The notes beneath the pieces were generated by a model that worked only from the letters and a program-made list of their open reading frames with translations, had not been told where the DNA came from and ran no database searches. The position numbers and the translations under genes were made by a program. A stretch of DNA of 64,000 bases, from NCBI GenBank assembly GCA_964016885.1, contig OZ024742.1, forward strand, positions 192,262,001 through 192,326,000, given 5' to 3'. Below, piece by piece: positions 30,941 through 46,998 of this stretch (the first letter of the stretch is position 1; each line of letters opens with the position of its first letter). Origin of the DNA: Eledone cirrhosa (taxonomy: Eukaryota).

Positions 30941-31164
30941 ACACGATACATATGCGTTGACATATAGTCAGATAGAAGCATTCACATATACATATATATA
31001 TACTGAAGTACAGTGCATAAATCATTACACTCACACATGATATATCTGTGGTGAATAAATATGAATGTGTGTGTGTGTCTGTTATACAACTGTATATTAA
31101 GTTTCATATATACATATAATAGTGCGCACACACACACACACATACACACAGACACACACACATA

Positions 31165-31264
31165 TATACATATATCATATGTTCACACACGCTCATACAT
31201 ATACACACGCACATACATACATATATATACATAAATCATATGCTCACACACGCTCATACATACA

Positions 31265-31329
<65 letters not shown>

Positions 31330-31347
31330 CATATGCTCACACACGCT

Positions 31348-31403
<56 letters not shown>

Positions 31404-31502
31404 CATATATCATATGCTCACACACGCTAATACACACACACACACACACTCACACACATATATATATATATATACATATATCATATGCTCACACACGCTC
31501 AT

Positions 31503-31537
<35 letters not shown>

Positions 31538-31562
31538 CATATATCATATGCTCACACACGCT

Positions 31563-31616
<54 letters not shown>

Positions 31617-31650
31617 CATATATCATATGCTCACACACGCTAATACATAT
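31165..31650. repeat. Compound minisatellite: ATATATCATATGCTCACACACGCTCATA + variable (CA)n(TA)n, about 7 units
   Basis: Core recurs at ~31172, 31236, 31325, 31406, 31477, 31539 and 31619. Confidence 0.9.
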
Positions 31651-32284
31651 ACAAGTTCGCTATCTGAATGTTCAACAAGTTTCAAGTCACATTAGCTTTG
31701 AAATTATATAAACAACGAAAGAAGACAAGAAGAAAGAAGGAAAAGAGTAAAAGACGAGAATGAAAGATGAAGAGAAAGAGGAGGAAAAGAAAGATATGGT
31801 GATGGTGTTGGTGTTGGTAATGGCGGTGGCAGTGGTAGTTGTGGTAACGGTGATGGTGGTGTTGGTGGCCGAGACGATGGTGGTGTCGATTCTGTCGATA
31901 TGAAGAATAATATAATATATATATGAGAGTGAGTAAGCAAACACTTATTCCACACAAGTGGTCTAAAACACCAGTTGATGGCGTCGTCGTCGACTCACAA
32001 GTGGTTGTGTGTGTGGTTGATATACTGTATGATTGAGTGCACTTTCAATGAAAACCAACGAACGGCCCGTCACTTTTGGAATTGCATATGCAATGCATAC
32101 AGTGTATTTAATACTACTTCATAGCTTTATATATTATTACATTTTCTCCTCATGACATCAGTTATAAACATTCACATTGACAAACATCAACACGCGCCCG
32201 CACAGAGAGACGGAGAGAGAGAAAAACATAGAGACACATATACACACAGTGTTAAGTCTTTAGGCATGATTTCATGCATACATA

Positions 32285-32769
32285 CATGTACATAATATGA
32301 AAGAGTACTGGTGAAATGTTCCAGTAAAAAACCCCAATAAAATGCAGGCATAACAGACCAGATATTATGATTTATACCTGTGATTATTGGGGCACTGGGG
32401 TATGTTAGTAACTGCCTCAATACAAATCTTGAGAAGTTCGGCTTCACAGGAACAGAAAGAACACAACTAGTTAGGAAATTACAAGTACAATCCATTAATG
32501 GAACAGTAAAAATATGTAAAACATTCCAAAAATGTTGCATCGAATAACTGCATATACACATGTACAGATGCAAAGCATGTACACATGCACACATACAACT
32601 CAAAACATACACATCCACACATACAATAACATCCATATCTACACATACATGGATACATACATATCTACCTAGTTGATGTGTAAATTCCAATGAGAGAGTC
32701 TTGTGTCTATGTTAGAAACCGACTCTCTCTCTATTAGTAAAACTTTGTGAAATTATAAAACCAGAAGAA
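32285..32769 (+). mobile_element. R4/Dong-like non-LTR 3' fragment (RLE domain) with ~150-bp internal deletion
   Basis: Encodes IKCRHNRPDIM / FIPVIIGALGYV..LVRKLQVQSINGTVKICK; ends GAAGAA then CATACAT; matches the 62.9-63.5 kb copy. Confidence 0.8.
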
Positions 32770-33380
32770 CATACATATATACATACAAAAATACCTACCT
32801 GCATAAATACATATATAATTACATACATACATATATACATACATACATAAATATGTGTATTAATATTTATAAATATAAATTAAAATATAGAGTTACATAA
32901 GTTATATACTTACATATATATGTGTGTGTGTGTGCATACATGTGCATATGTATGTACACATTTATGTGAATATATGCATAGATATACTGTATATACATAT
33001 ATGCGTATATATGCACTTATGTTATGTATATACATGTACACACACAGCGAGAAAGCAGGAATGAAAGCAAAAGCAGAAGGATTTATGTTGTAAAAGTATT
33101 TAAGTACGTGTGATCAGTAAGAAATATGGTAAGTTAATACGGAGAAAACTTAGTTCATATAGTTTGTAGAGAAAGGAGTTGTTGAAGAAGAGACAGGCTG
33201 AGCTAGTAAAGTGTAAACTGAGGTAGACAGCTGCCAATTCCGAAGACATGTTTTCCCTTTGTATGAATAGTAGAACAACCCGTAGAATTTATGTGCAAGC
33301 GTTTGAGCATCTAATAAACAGACGGGTACACCCTTAGAGTAGTTTTCGGTGTAATTTGGCCCGGCACAGTGTGTGACATG

Positions 33381-33833
33381 CCGGTCCAGATTTAGACCTT
33401 CGGGGGCCCAGCGCACTTAAGATTTTAGGGGACACTCAGACACAAAAAAAATAGGTATACACAGTACCCTCCACCCTTTTATATATCAAAGTCGGCATGA
33501 CAAGTAAATAGAATTGAAAAGTTATAAATATAGGTATTAAATTCAATAAATTTAACCATCCTCATTTTACATCCACTTTCCGCACTGACATGCGTTGGAG
33601 AGGTTGTCACAGTTCGAGACCAGACATTTGAGGAATTTTGCCACAGTAAGGACATAAAATACTTTTTGTTAAAACTATTGTTCTCATTCAATCAAAGATA
33701 TTAAACTAAAGAGCCCAAAAGAGGGCATATACAAATTGCTACGGCCGTTGCTGTTGCCCCCCCCCCCCCTTCACTGTAGAGGGGCTCGGAGCAATTAACC
33801 CCATTTACCCCCACCCCATTAAATCCGGCCCTT
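33381..33833. mobile_element. hAT-like MITE
   Basis: Degenerate TIR CCGGTCCAGATTTA ... TAAATCCGGCCCT (CAGGGCCGGATTTA type). Confidence 0.5.
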
Positions 33834-34205
33834 GTTACACAACTAACATTTGATTTAAGGCTATAAAACTCATTTTTTGCCAGCTGAGTGGCTTTTAGCA
33901 TGGTGAAATAAAATATCATTATAGATACAATGGACCGCCTGGAACTGAACTTACGGCCTTACTATCGCGAGCCAAGTCGCCTAACTAGAAAGACACGTGC
34001 CTTCACAACAAACGCGTTCTATAGTGTACAGTAACAATTTTAACTTCTGACCTACTTAGGTTGTTTTTGGTCTTTATATAACCACAAACTGACACACTGA
34101 GTCTATTATAATATCTATCTGTTTTCTTTTTTATCAACTCTGGTTTTCATATATCCACTCTCTCACTTTATTTTTCTTTCTCTCTACCTCTCTCTTAAAT
34201 CCTCC

Positions 34206-34330
<125 letters not shown>

Positions 34331-35068
34331 CAATCTTACTGAGGGATTTCATCATGTTTATATATTAAATTGTATTTTGTCTCACAATCTGTTTTTGTTC
34401 TCTATTTCTGTAAATCTGTCTTCGTCTCCATCTCTGTCAGCTTGTCTGCACCCCCCCACTTCTCTCTCTCTCTCTTTCTGACCCCTTCTCTCTCTCTCAC
34501 TCTCTCTCTGCAACCGTCTTTCATACACTCTCTCTCTCTCTATCTCTTGTTCATATGTCTATCCGATGTATTTATCTATCTATGCCATTTCCCTGTTTTA
34601 CTGGTTCCAACCAATTGTCTGTTATCATGCTGGGGATTGAGAGGGGGCAGCCATCTTCATCATCATTCTCATCATTGTGGCGACTACATTGTCTCTCTCA
34701 AATTGTATGGAAGTGTTTGTCTAGTAGAATAGCTATAGTGGTAGTGGACCTCAACTTCCTGAAAGCATTACGTTGCCAATTCTGAGAGAGAGGAATAGAA
34801 CGAGAGAAACAGAGTAAGCGGGAGAAGGCTTTACACCTTGATCTACATGTATATCATTTCATATCTTACACATAAACACATGAAAATGTCTGAGCCACAC
34901 AGACCAGCTCAATGGCGTATATTATATCTTAAACATTAAACTTTGGAAATGTCTGCGGTTCAAAGAGAGTATCGCACTGGCCCACATTTATATAATATCA
35001 TATCTAACATATAGGCATTTCAAAAGGTCTGATTAAGAAATGAGCAGTAGTAGCAGCAGCAGTATCAA

Positions 35069-35127
<59 letters not shown>

Positions 35128-35384
35128 TTAATGTTATTCGTTAAAGATAATTAATATAAAACGTTTATTTGGGAAGGAAATACTGAATTAATTTATTAAT
35201 AAGTTAAATCCTTTACTTAATTGTGTGCATGTGTGCGATTGCTTGAGTGTATGTATATATATATGTACGTATGCATGTGTGTTTCGTCATAGTTTATGCA
35301 TCACACATGTTCGAATGTTGGCTTATGGAGCCTTATATAATTACCATATCATGTGTTTATGCATATGTATGTATGCATATATGT

Positions 35385-36230
35385 CTGTGGTGCAGGCGAA
35401 GAATCACAATGAAGACCATGGTGAAAGTGTATACCGCATGTGTACTGTCAGCAATGCTGTATCCGTGTGAGACATGAGTTGCCTACAAATGGCATATCAA
35501 AAGACTGGAATGATTTCACCAGCAGTGTTTCAGAAAGATGATTGGTATCAAGTGGCAGATGCATGTCAGTGATGTTGAGGTCCATGAGAGAAGTTAATGT
35601 CGGAGCATTGAAAAATATCATACACCAACGTCGTTTTCGATAGACCGGACAACTCTAGAGAATGGAAGACGTTCGTATCCCTAAACAGCTTTTGTATGGC
35701 GAGGTTTGTAAAAGTAGGGGACCACCTCACAAGGCAAATTTCCGATTCAAAGATTGTGTGAAGGAATCATTTAAAAAAACTGGTTTGATGGTGGAGATAA
35801 AAACTCTTGAAAGAGAAACTTAGCGTGGAATGGTGAATTATGGGGTCCATAATTTTGAGAACAGACGCATAGAGAGCAAGAAGATGAAACGGGATGTGCG
35901 TAAGCAATGCCCTGGTGTATTTCATGAAACGATCGGTATCTCCATTGGATTGGTGTGCCCTGAGTGTGCTTGAGCAAATCTAGTCTCAGGAGCCAGAATC
36001 GCAGCCATGTTCAGAGAGAACTAGTGAACTATGATCTCCACGGTATTGCAAGATATAATGAATGTGGCAAAGAATGTCGATTTGAGCAGGACTGAAGCGG
36101 CATGTGAAGGTTCACAGGCAACCTGATAGAAGACATGATGCCAAGGAGATCCATAGTTGTTGTCAAATGCCAATGAGTGCAAGTCTCTAGCAGGCTTGAA
36201 AAACCATATATGAGTGTTGTATATGAGAAT
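35385..36230 (+). pseudogene. RTE-clade LINE ORF2 C-terminal fragment, degraded
   Basis: LWCRRRITMKTMVKVYTACVLSAMLYPCET*..HIKRLE*FHQQCFRKMIGIKWQ..RMEDVRIPKQLLYGE..RFKDCVK, followed by decayed C2H2-like motifs. Confidence 0.85.
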
Positions 36231-36824
36231 TTGACAAGCAATTGCAATACACTTAGCATGAGTTTGAAACCATTGTGTATGTAAACACAGATGTGCCAGT
36301 ACGTAGGTAGGTAGATAGATTGTACTTGTAATTTCTGATGGTGTCAGGGGCATTTTAAAAGTTGTGACACTTATCCTTCACCCGGTTGCTCCAGTGAGAG
36401 AGAAAAAAACGAAGAGACAGTACTGCGCTGGCACTTTATTTATCGACCTCGAAATGATAGAAGGCAAACTTTACGTCGGCGTGACTTGAATTCAGAGAGC
36501 AATGAGCCCGAACGAACAAATAGCGAAGGACCATTCTAATGACTTTGCCAATACATTGCCTTGGAGCAAGCATAACGGTCTTACTCTCATTCTCTCCCTT
36601 TCCGTTTGTCTGTAACGACACTAGCAACAGACGGCCACGTAAATTCTTTTCCAACAATCTCCAATTTTCCTTTGGAGCTCCCAAACGATGGATGTGAAAT
36701 CCGAAATATAGGGACGGGAAATCTATTTTACATTTCTCTTCCTCCTTACCCCCTTTATGTTTACTGTCAGCTGATTTGTTACCCGGAGATTTATCCCTCC
36801 GCATTGTAGAAGCTTCCAAAACGA

Positions 36825-37200
<376 letters not shown>

Positions 37201-37515
37201 TGTGTGTCTGTGTATGTGTTATAATTTATTACATTATTGACTTTGGGTGTTCTTCTCAATTTAGGTTGGATTAATTTCTTGGTAATGAGTTTCAGGTTAC
37301 GTTGATTAGGCATGAAATATTTGATGGATGATCTCTGTTTGTCGAGGAAGTTTTTTTTTTTTTTATTGTGTCCAACGGTTGGTCTGCTTTTTGTGGCTGA
37401 GTAATTGAATTAGTGTGACGGGTACCGGTTGGTTTCGGTTTGTTGTATTCGTTTAATATTTAATATTTATTTTGGGTTTATGAGAGAATCTCTCTCTCTC
37501 TCTCTCTCTCGCTCT

Positions 37516-37561
<46 letters not shown>

Positions 37562-37762
37562 CTGTCTCTCTCTCTCTCTCTCTCTCGTTATATATATACA
37601 TATATAATAGTAGAAAACTGGATGGTTATATCCGTAGTAGTAGAACATTCACTCCATGGAGCGAATCTGGTAGAAGTAGTATCACAACAGTTAGTTCACC
37701 ATACCGAGAACAAATGTTTCACCTTGCGGATCTTCAGCTCGGTCACCGAGACCGATACTACT

Positions 37763-37844
<82 letters not shown>

Positions 37845-38175
37845 CACATTTATATATATATATAATTGGTGTGGGGTGCTTAAAGCGTCCGTATGCGGTA
37901 GGCCGTTTGAGCACATTTGGAAACTCTGCATCGAAGAATCGAGACGTATCTGAGGATCTTGCGATTTCAGAGTCAGGTTCGATCATTGCATCGATCGTGT
38001 CTCGGGCTGGTCGCCAGAGGAACGATTGTAATATGTCAAATAAATGTTAATTCGTCGCACCACTGATTCTCCCTTTCTTATGCTATATATATATATATAT
38101 ACATATTATTCAAAATATTGAATCTATTGTAAAACTATATTCATTGAGTAATCAATGAACCTTATTAACATTTGG

Positions 38176-38251
<76 letters not shown>

Positions 38252-38767
38252 CGGCGATGAATTAGTTTTGCGTTTTTTTTATATGAAATCGTGTGTCGAA
38301 ACAAATATTGGTATACTTGGGGAGGGTCATATTTGTGTAATATTGCCAGAATTAATAACAGAACACACTCATTGTTTGGTTGGTTTTCGCTTCTCGCTTC
38401 TGTGTCTTTTATATCGGTAATCTAATATACTCGGTCCTCAATGTTGCCATTGACTGACCAGCGGTCAAAAATAATACAGATACAATATAGACACAAACAC
38501 ATATATATAGTTTATCATAAATCTTTCGTTACACATCTGCAGTGGTGCTATATTTTCCTCCTGTTTTGTATTGTATATCTACGCCGTTTTTATTCAGTCT
38601 CTGAAAGAGAGAGAGAGAGAGAGAGAGAGAGATCCTATGGGGTTACCAGATTAGACAAGATAGACCATTGTTCAGCTAAGTACAATATGCTAAGAAATAT
38701 AGAGGGTAGTTGTGTTGTAAAGAGTTACTGCCTGGCGACACAGATTAAAAAACACGTGGTAGAAAAA

Positions 38768-39078
38768 TAAATGTTTCTACTTTTGGCACAAGGCCAGCAA
38801 TTTCCCAGTGTATTACTGGTACTTTATTTTATCAACCCCGTAAGGATGAAAGGCAAAGTTAACCACGGCAGGATTTGAACTCAGAATGGCCAGGGCCGTA
38901 ACTCTATGCGTCAAAGCATGGCGTCCGACTCTCTACCGATACTGCCAATCCACCGCCCTACGTGGTAGAAAAATAATTGTTTCTACTTTTGGCACAAGGC
39001 CAGAATTTACCCAGTGTATTACTGGTACTTTTTATTTTATCGACCCCGTAAGGATGAAAGGCAAAGTTAACCTCGGCA
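38768..39078 (-). mobile_element. Two stacked family A SINEs
   Basis: Full copy 38768-38958 flanked by the TSD ACGTGGTAGAAAAATAA, inserted at the tail of a truncated copy at 38973-39078. Confidence 0.9.
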
Positions 39079-39508
39079 AGAGTCAATATGGACAATTCCC
39101 GCTCATCGCTTGTCTTTCTGGGGATCATCATAGTTTCAGGGCTATTCACCACTAGTGCATCAATAGAAAACACGAAGTTATGCATAGTGATTCGGGATGA
39201 AAACACGTCTGTTTTTTTTTTTTATTATCATTATAACCACAAAGACTATCTTTCCAAAACCAATGCCCCTTCTCTCTCATATATATATAAGTTTATCCCG
39301 GGTTGGTTCAATCGAGGGTAACCACAGTAATAAGGGCTCAATACGTAGCAGAGTATAAATATTTTATATAGAAATGGCTTCTACAGGATTAGAACTGTTT
39401 CATTCGGGAGAAATCATCAATACATATATACATATACATACATACATGTGTATATATATATCCCTTCATATACTGTACCGATTGTGTTGTTATTTCTGTT
39501 TACCTTGT

Positions 39509-39644
<136 letters not shown>

Positions 39645-40404
39645 ACAGTTAAAAAAATACTTAGCACACAACTTAATATATGTATTTATAAGTACTAACA
39701 CAAACATATATATATATATACATGCATACATACATATATATATATATACATGCATACATACATATATATATATATGCATACATACATACATGTGTGTGTG
39801 TATCTACCACAAATAATATACAGGAGATATATAATTAGAGGTGGTGCGAACGAGATGGGTGGGGGTTTGAGAATAGGAAATAATTATAGAAAAAATAAGA
39901 ACCTACATTAATAAAGGTAAAATTATAAAAGCTACAAAACAAAAGGAAACAACAGAATCGAAGACCCCCTCTCCCCCACACACACCTTTCCTAAATATAA
40001 GAAGAAGAAAAGGAAAACATCAGACTCCCTGCAAGAATGTATGTCATATAAATTATTATAGTAAAAGTTAAGTCAGAAATCCCAACAGGATTGAAAGGAA
40101 TAGCAAACAGCATGAATGCTTGCAAATAAATATATTTGGTAATTTCTACTCATTGACTCTGCTTCAAGGAATCCTTTTGTTTTGTTTTTTTGGCGGGATG
40201 TTGTTTCAAGTTTTGGGTTTCTGTAAAAGAATTTTTAGCGAAAATGACTTCATATTTCGAATGTTTTTCTTCACGGTTTCAAAGTAGGGCACACTAGTGG
40301 AAGGAACACGTTAGAGCTAGCTGGCTTGTACTGCCTCTGGCAAGAAATAACATAGTAGTAGTAGTAGTAGTAGTAGCTGTTGTTGTTGTTGTTGTTGAAT
40401 GGTG

Positions 40405-40444
<40 letters not shown>

Positions 40445-40950
40445 CAGCAGCAGCAGTAGCAGCAGTAGTTGTTGTTGTTGTTGTTGAATGGTGGTGGTGG
40501 TGGTGGTGGTGGTGGTGGTAGTAGTAGTAGTAATAGCGATAGATGTTATTGTTTTTTTTTATAGTTCTGGTTATGGTGTAGTGTTGTTGTAATAGTGGTG
40601 CTGTTGGTGGTAGCGGTCATGCTGTTGTTATATTGATGACGGTAGTGGTGGTGTTGGTGGTTGTGGTTGTAGTGGTGTAGTGTTGATGGTATTGGTAATG
40701 GTGATTATATTGGCCGTGTTGTTTCTGACTGTGTTGGTGGTGGTAGTGTTGAGAATTTGAGTGTAGTGGCGATGTTTGTGGTTCAGTGGTTGTTGTAATG
40801 ATGGTGGTAGCAATAATAGTTGTTCTCGTGTTAGTGGTGACAGGGATGGGGCTGGCGGTGGTCTAGTTATTGGTGTTGGCACAAGAACTCGCTATTTTAT
40901 TTTTGTTGGTAGTGCTGAAAGATGTGTTAGTAGCTTAGTAGTTAACACAA

Positions 40951-41140
40951 GGGCGGTGGATTGGCAGTATCGGTAGAGGGTCGGACGCCATGCTTTGACG
41001 CATAGAGTTACGGCCCTTTCCATTCTTAGTTCAAATCCCGCCGAGGTTAATTTTGCCTTTTATCCTTACGCGGTCGATAAAATAAAGTACCAGTAATGCA
41101 CTGGATATTTGCTGGCCTTGTACCAAAAGTAGAAACAATT
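40951..41140 (+). mobile_element. Family A SINE, full length
   Basis: GGGCGGTGGATTGGCAGTATCGG...GTAGAAACAATT. Confidence 0.9.
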
Positions 41141-41546
41141 AATTACTTAGTGAACAATATAATACTTATATATATATATATATATACATCGGGGTCAAAC
41201 ATTTTCCTATATATATATATATATATATATAGGAAAATGTGTGACCCCGATGGCAGAGCTCAAGCCGTTTCGACGGCTATTTCTGGACTGGGGTCAAACA
41301 TTTTCCTATTACCTACTCTACTACCCTAAGTATTGAGTACTCTGGTGCGTTATGGTCCATCTGGTTCCTTACCACACCCCCTTCGTTATATATATATATA
41401 TATTTTTAAGGGTTAAACAAGATTCAATGAGTACATCAAAGAATGAGTTTTACAATAGATTGGAAGCACTCTACAAAAAATATATTCCAGAGTTATTAAT
41501 ATTAATTCCAAATATTAACAAAATAGGTATTCTTGTGATCAATTAA

Positions 41547-41611
41547 ATCTGATTATACATATTTCAGAGGTACTGAATTAAATTCAACAGTACGTCCTCA
41601 TCAGATAAAAT
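41547..41611 (-). ncRNA. Hammerhead ribozyme in the 3' pLTR
   Basis: CUGAUGA-GGACGUACUG..CAGUACCUCU-GAAA-UAUGUA-UA; stem I imperfect. Confidence 0.65.
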
Positions 41612-42504
41612 AAAATGATACATGACATACCCTGACATGGTAGATGGTTAAGATTTAATCAAGGTAATGATTAACTTATGAGAAAACTCAATATTTATAC
41701 CCTAATATCGAGAACATGAGAAAACGTAATACAATCAATAGAGAGAGTGTGAGTAATATATTTTAAGAAATACATGGCATCAATGTAACAGTTATAGAAT
41801 TTTTTATATTTAAAAAACTACTAGAGAAATATGCGGGAGAGGAAAGCATAGAGGAAGACGTAGCTGGTGTTATAACTTATTTAGTATTTAGCTTGAGAAG
41901 ACAAATGAAAGATAAATAAAGAGAGAGAGAAACAAAGGGGAGTAATTTATGCTCAAGTTTCTACATACACATATTCATATAGAGTTGGCGGTTAATTTTC
42001 AGAATATTTAATTTATGTTATTTCAGGGTAAAGAATCAAATTTTAGGTTTTAAAAGTTGATGGGTATTTGTATTAATATTATAATATAATTATGTTAAAT
42101 TTCTAAAATTCATCTTTTATGAAGACAAATTTAAAGGATTTACGAAACCCGCGAAAGAAAGAAAATATACATATAATGTTCGATATCCCCACAAAGGTAA
42201 TCTTTACCAAAATGACTTATAATATTGACAACAGTTTCTATAATATAATTTATGAGATATTTACAGTTATGACTATTAAAGAATTTATTGTTAAATAGTT
42301 AGAGTGCGTAAAGTATTAACAGGTCTTATAATTAAACTTAAAGAGGTCAGAGTTTTCAGCTATATATATGTGTGTATTGATCATAATATACCAACACTAT
42401 AATTTATTATTTGTTCATATATTATATTAAGTAAATGATTATATAAGTTCGACCTTCCAGGGAAACCAAACACTTATAATAATGTCATTTGAGTGTTTAA
42501 ATTA

Positions 42505-42781
42505 TTTATATAAACGTAACTACGATTATGTTATTACCCTAGATAATGATATTGTACAAACTATATATAGAGATATACTAGGTATTAATGAAACGGTATA
42601 CATTTAATAAAGAATAATAATTATAATCATTGTTATTAGTTTTATACAAATGTAACTACGATTATGTTATTACACTAGATAAAGATATTTGTACACACTA
42701 TATATAGATATACTAGGTATTAATGAAACGATATACATTTAATAAAAAAAATAGCGATTATAATCATTGTTAGTAGTTTTA
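42505..42781. repeat. ~136-bp tandem duplication in the PLE 3' UTR
   Basis: GTAACTACGATTATGTTATTAC...TATAATCATTGTTA occurs twice. Confidence 0.9.
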
Positions 42782-43217
42782 CCTCTAGTTCATGGAGAAA
42801 TAAACCAATATTTGTCAGCTATTATGGTTTTTTAAATATACATAAAAAAGCAAAGCGCAAATCCAACTTTCAAAATGAATAAAATATATGTATATATATA
42901 TATATATAAAATATGTAAATGCATGAATAATCCACAGTTCAAATTAAAATCAGTAAATTTACAGGTTAGATATCTAAACTATATATTTAAAACAGAGACA
43001 GAAAAATAAAGATCTGAATCAAAGTTAAAAATATCCAAAAAAAAACATAGGGTATGCATATCTATCTAGTAAACAAGTTATCAAACAAGTGTCATTCATT
43101 CAAACATTAACTCCATTATAAATGATTAGAAGATAAAGCATTATTAAAGTTTTATAAACCGTTATGACTTATATGTTCAACAGTTGATGATAGACGTCGA
43201 AAATCAGGCTTGATTGC

Positions 43218-44225
43218 TTACTGTTTTTTCCTGACTTTTTGCGAGGCTTGGAATGTAGACAAAGCTTTATGAAGGCAGTTTGAGAATAATTCATTTTTTT
43301 TGTTAATTAAGTTTTCATAATTATTAATTATTAATAGGGTCTCGTTTGTACAGAGGCTGCAGTTAATTTATATACAAGAGTTGACATAAACTCCACTATT
43401 ACAAAGCTTCATCCAAAAGATCGAGTATTTTAAATTTTTGTCTTTTAATGACCATATAAGCTGTGATAAAGAAGTCGAAGACTTCCTATTAGAATTCGAG
43501 AATGAGCATTTATGATTCGCAAATCTTGCTTTAAATGTAGAAGAAGTTGCTCCTATGTAGTTGTATGTGTTGTTATTTGTTTTTACGGTGCATTTATACA
43601 CCAAATTTCTATCCAAACAATTATTTTGCAGAGGGCAATCTAGTTTATTTCTACAATTACATTTTGATTTATTATTATTTATATTAACACTATTATTAAT
43701 ATCATTATGATGATTTTGATTTAGAATTTTACTGTTTATTTTAGCGATGTTTTGGGCCATATTCATAGTTGTAGAATAAGATAATTTAATAGTGTGTCTA
43801 TTAAATATGGAATGGTATTTATGTTGACTAGGGAATGAGTTATCCAAAGCTTTAAAGAATATATTAGCTATTGGTGTTCTTACTGCTACAGAAGCAGGGG
43901 GGTGGGGCATATAACTGATTTAGTTCTGGTTCTTTTCCCCGATTTATTCACAGTACAGGTGTTTGAATTATAATTACTAGAATTTATAGAATTTCTTTTA
44001 TTATGTGCCATTATTTTTATCAGGATTAAAACTTGGACTATTATTGTCTGCTTATTCTATATTATTTTTATAACCTGCCTTTTTTAGCGCATCATTGTAA
44101 TATCCTGCATTTTCATCAAATATTGCTTTATTGGCAGATATTCTATTAATGCGTTTTTGCACGCTATTTACAATTGCCTTTTTCACTGACTTAGAGTGAT
44201 TGGAGTAATAACTAACGTAATTTAA
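43218..44225 (-). pseudogene. PLE polyprotein remnant: RT thumb, linker and GIY-YIG endonuclease
   Basis: YVSYYSNHSK..YNDALKKAGY; IFNRHTIKLSYS; CNCRNKLDCPL; LVYKC..YNYIG..FKARFANH; continues past the stop at 43368 as INCSLCTNE..LINKKNELFSNCLH. Several stops and a frameshift. Confidence 0.92.
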
Positions 44226-44547
44226 GTTTCTCTCTCTCTTTATTTATCTTTCATTTGTCTTCTCAAGCTAAATACTAAATAAGTTATAACATCAGCTACG
44301 TCTTGCTCTATGCTTTCCTCTCCCGCATATTTCTCTAGTAGTTTTTTAAATATTAAAAATTCTATAACTGTTACATTGATGCCATGTATTTCTTAAAATA
44401 TATTACTCACACTCTCTCTATTGATTGTATTACGTTTTCTCATGTTCTCAATATTAGGGTATAAATATTGAGTTATCTCATAAGTTAATCATTACCTTGA
44501 TTAAATCTTAACCATCTACCATGTCAGGGTATGTCATGTATCATTTT

Positions 44548-44612
44548 ATTTTATCTGATGAGGACGTACTGTTGAACTTAATTCAGTACCTCTGAAATAT
44601 GTATAATCAGAT
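44548..44612 (+). ncRNA. Hammerhead ribozyme in the inverted pLTR
   Basis: Mirror of 41547-41611; TATAAATA at ~44460. Confidence 0.65.
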
Positions 44613-44653
44613 TTAATTGATCACAAGAATACCTATTTTGTTAATATTTGGAA

Positions 44654-44772
<119 letters not shown>

Positions 44773-45379
44773 AATAGTAGTTGCGTTTGTAGCAGTGGTG
44801 TTGGAGGAGGTGGTGATTGTGACAGTAGTGGTGGTGGTGGTAGCATTGGTGTCGTTGATGCAGGTGGTGGTGATAGTTATATTGCTGGTGGTGTGGTGGT
44901 GCTGGTGCTGGTAATGGTGGCACGGTCATTCAGTTGGCGATGGTGGTGGCTTTCTTTATGGCGGTAATTTTTAGTGTGAGTTTTAGTTTTGTTGTTGTTG
45001 ACGTTAGTTATAATGCTATGAATTTAGTTGCGATGGTGGAGTTACTGGTGGCAGTAATAGTGCTGGTAGTAGTGATGTATGGGGTTAGGGGTAGTGGTGT
45101 GTGTGTGGGGGGGGTGATAGTGATTATAGTGGTTGTAATATTGCTGGTGGTGGTGATGTATGTAGTCTGGGGTGGTTGTGATGGGGGAATGGTGCTAATA
45201 TTGGTTATGGTAGTACTGGAATTGGTGATGTATGTAGTCGGGAATGGTGATGATGGGGGGCTGGTGGTTATATTGGTTGTGATAGTACTGGTGGTGGTGA
45301 AAAGTAGTGTTGCTTTTGATGATTTGATGATAGTCTTTTCTCTATATAGGAAGAAGGCAGACTTAATATGAGGCAGAGA

Positions 45380-45417
<38 letters not shown>

Positions 45418-45772
45418 GAAAAGAAAAAGAAGTGTCTATTGGTAGGTATACGGTGTGGAAGGAAAGGCACCATGAAAAGTATGTGAAGGAAAGGAAACTT
45501 TTAAGACAGAAAAATACTTTAATAAAAAAGAAACATTTTTGGTTTTCTTCTTCATATAATAAGAAGTGAACTTTTTTTATCCAGAAATAGATTCTAGAAA
45601 ATTCTGAAAATAAATGTTTCTTTCTCTGCTACGCACTTGAAGAAGTAGCCTTCTTCTGGCATTGAGGAATTTATCATCATTAAATTGTATAGTTGTTGCT
45701 GTTGTTGTTGCTGTTGTTGTTGCTGTAGTATTGTTGTCGTAGTTTAATAATAGTTGTAATGGTTGTAGTATC

Positions 45773-45843
<71 letters not shown>

Positions 45844-46006
45844 AAGGAATAGTAGGAGTAGTAGTAATAGTAGTACTAGAAAGAATAGTAGTAGTAGTTG
45901 TTGTAGTAGTAGTGGCGGTAGCTGTTGCGTTATAGTAGTAGTAATATTGTTGTAGTGTAGATGTTGTAATGTTCTTGTAGTATTGTGAAGAAAATACCTC
46001 TCTCTT

Positions 46007-46124
<118 letters not shown>

Positions 46125-46861
46125 TCTCTCTCTCTCTCTCTACCTCTCTCTCTCTCTCCTTCACACACAGACACAGCCAGACACTTCCACACAAATTTAC
46201 CGCCCTTCTCAAAACATAAATGTAATTAACATGCCACTGCCATGATAATGACGATAATGATGGTGATGGTGGTGAAAGCATGTATTTCATCTTGCTATCA
46301 TCATAATAATCATCATCAACATCATCATCATCGTCCTCGGCGTTATCCTCATAGTCGCTATCATTATCATCATCATCATCATCATCATCATCTTCATAAT
46401 CTATGTCATGATTGTAATACCATCAACATCATCATCACTGTTATCATTGTCTTCATCGTCGTCTTCACCATCACCATCACCAAACACAACCATCACAATT
46501 ACCACCTACACCACGAAAACCACCGCAACCACCACCATCATCATCGTCATTATCATTATCCTCCTCAGCATCATCATCATCCTCATTATCATCCTCAAAA
46601 TCATAGCCATCATCGTAATGTCTAACGCAACTGTTCAATCTTCACTATCGAACATGTTACGCAAGGTGAAGTCGTCTAAGTGTCGATTAGAGTAGGGTAG
46701 GATTTCAAACCACTGTCTAATATTACCAGTAATGCACTGGGTAATTGCTGGCCTTGTGCCTAAAGTAGAAACAAATATATATTAGAACTGTTCATCTACA
46801 GCAGAATTTCTGGTTTCGAACCATTTTTGGTATTGTGGTTACACCCGACTCAACTCTTGAT

Positions 46862-46948
<87 letters not shown>

Positions 46949-46998
46949 AACACACTTCAACAACATGTGTACCTGTCTGCACACATGTACCAATTCGG

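Noticed and set aside
43368-43910. Intact stand-alone GIY-YIG nuclease gene
   Set aside because: Homology continues past both ends through stops and a frameshift; it is a broken PLE ORF.
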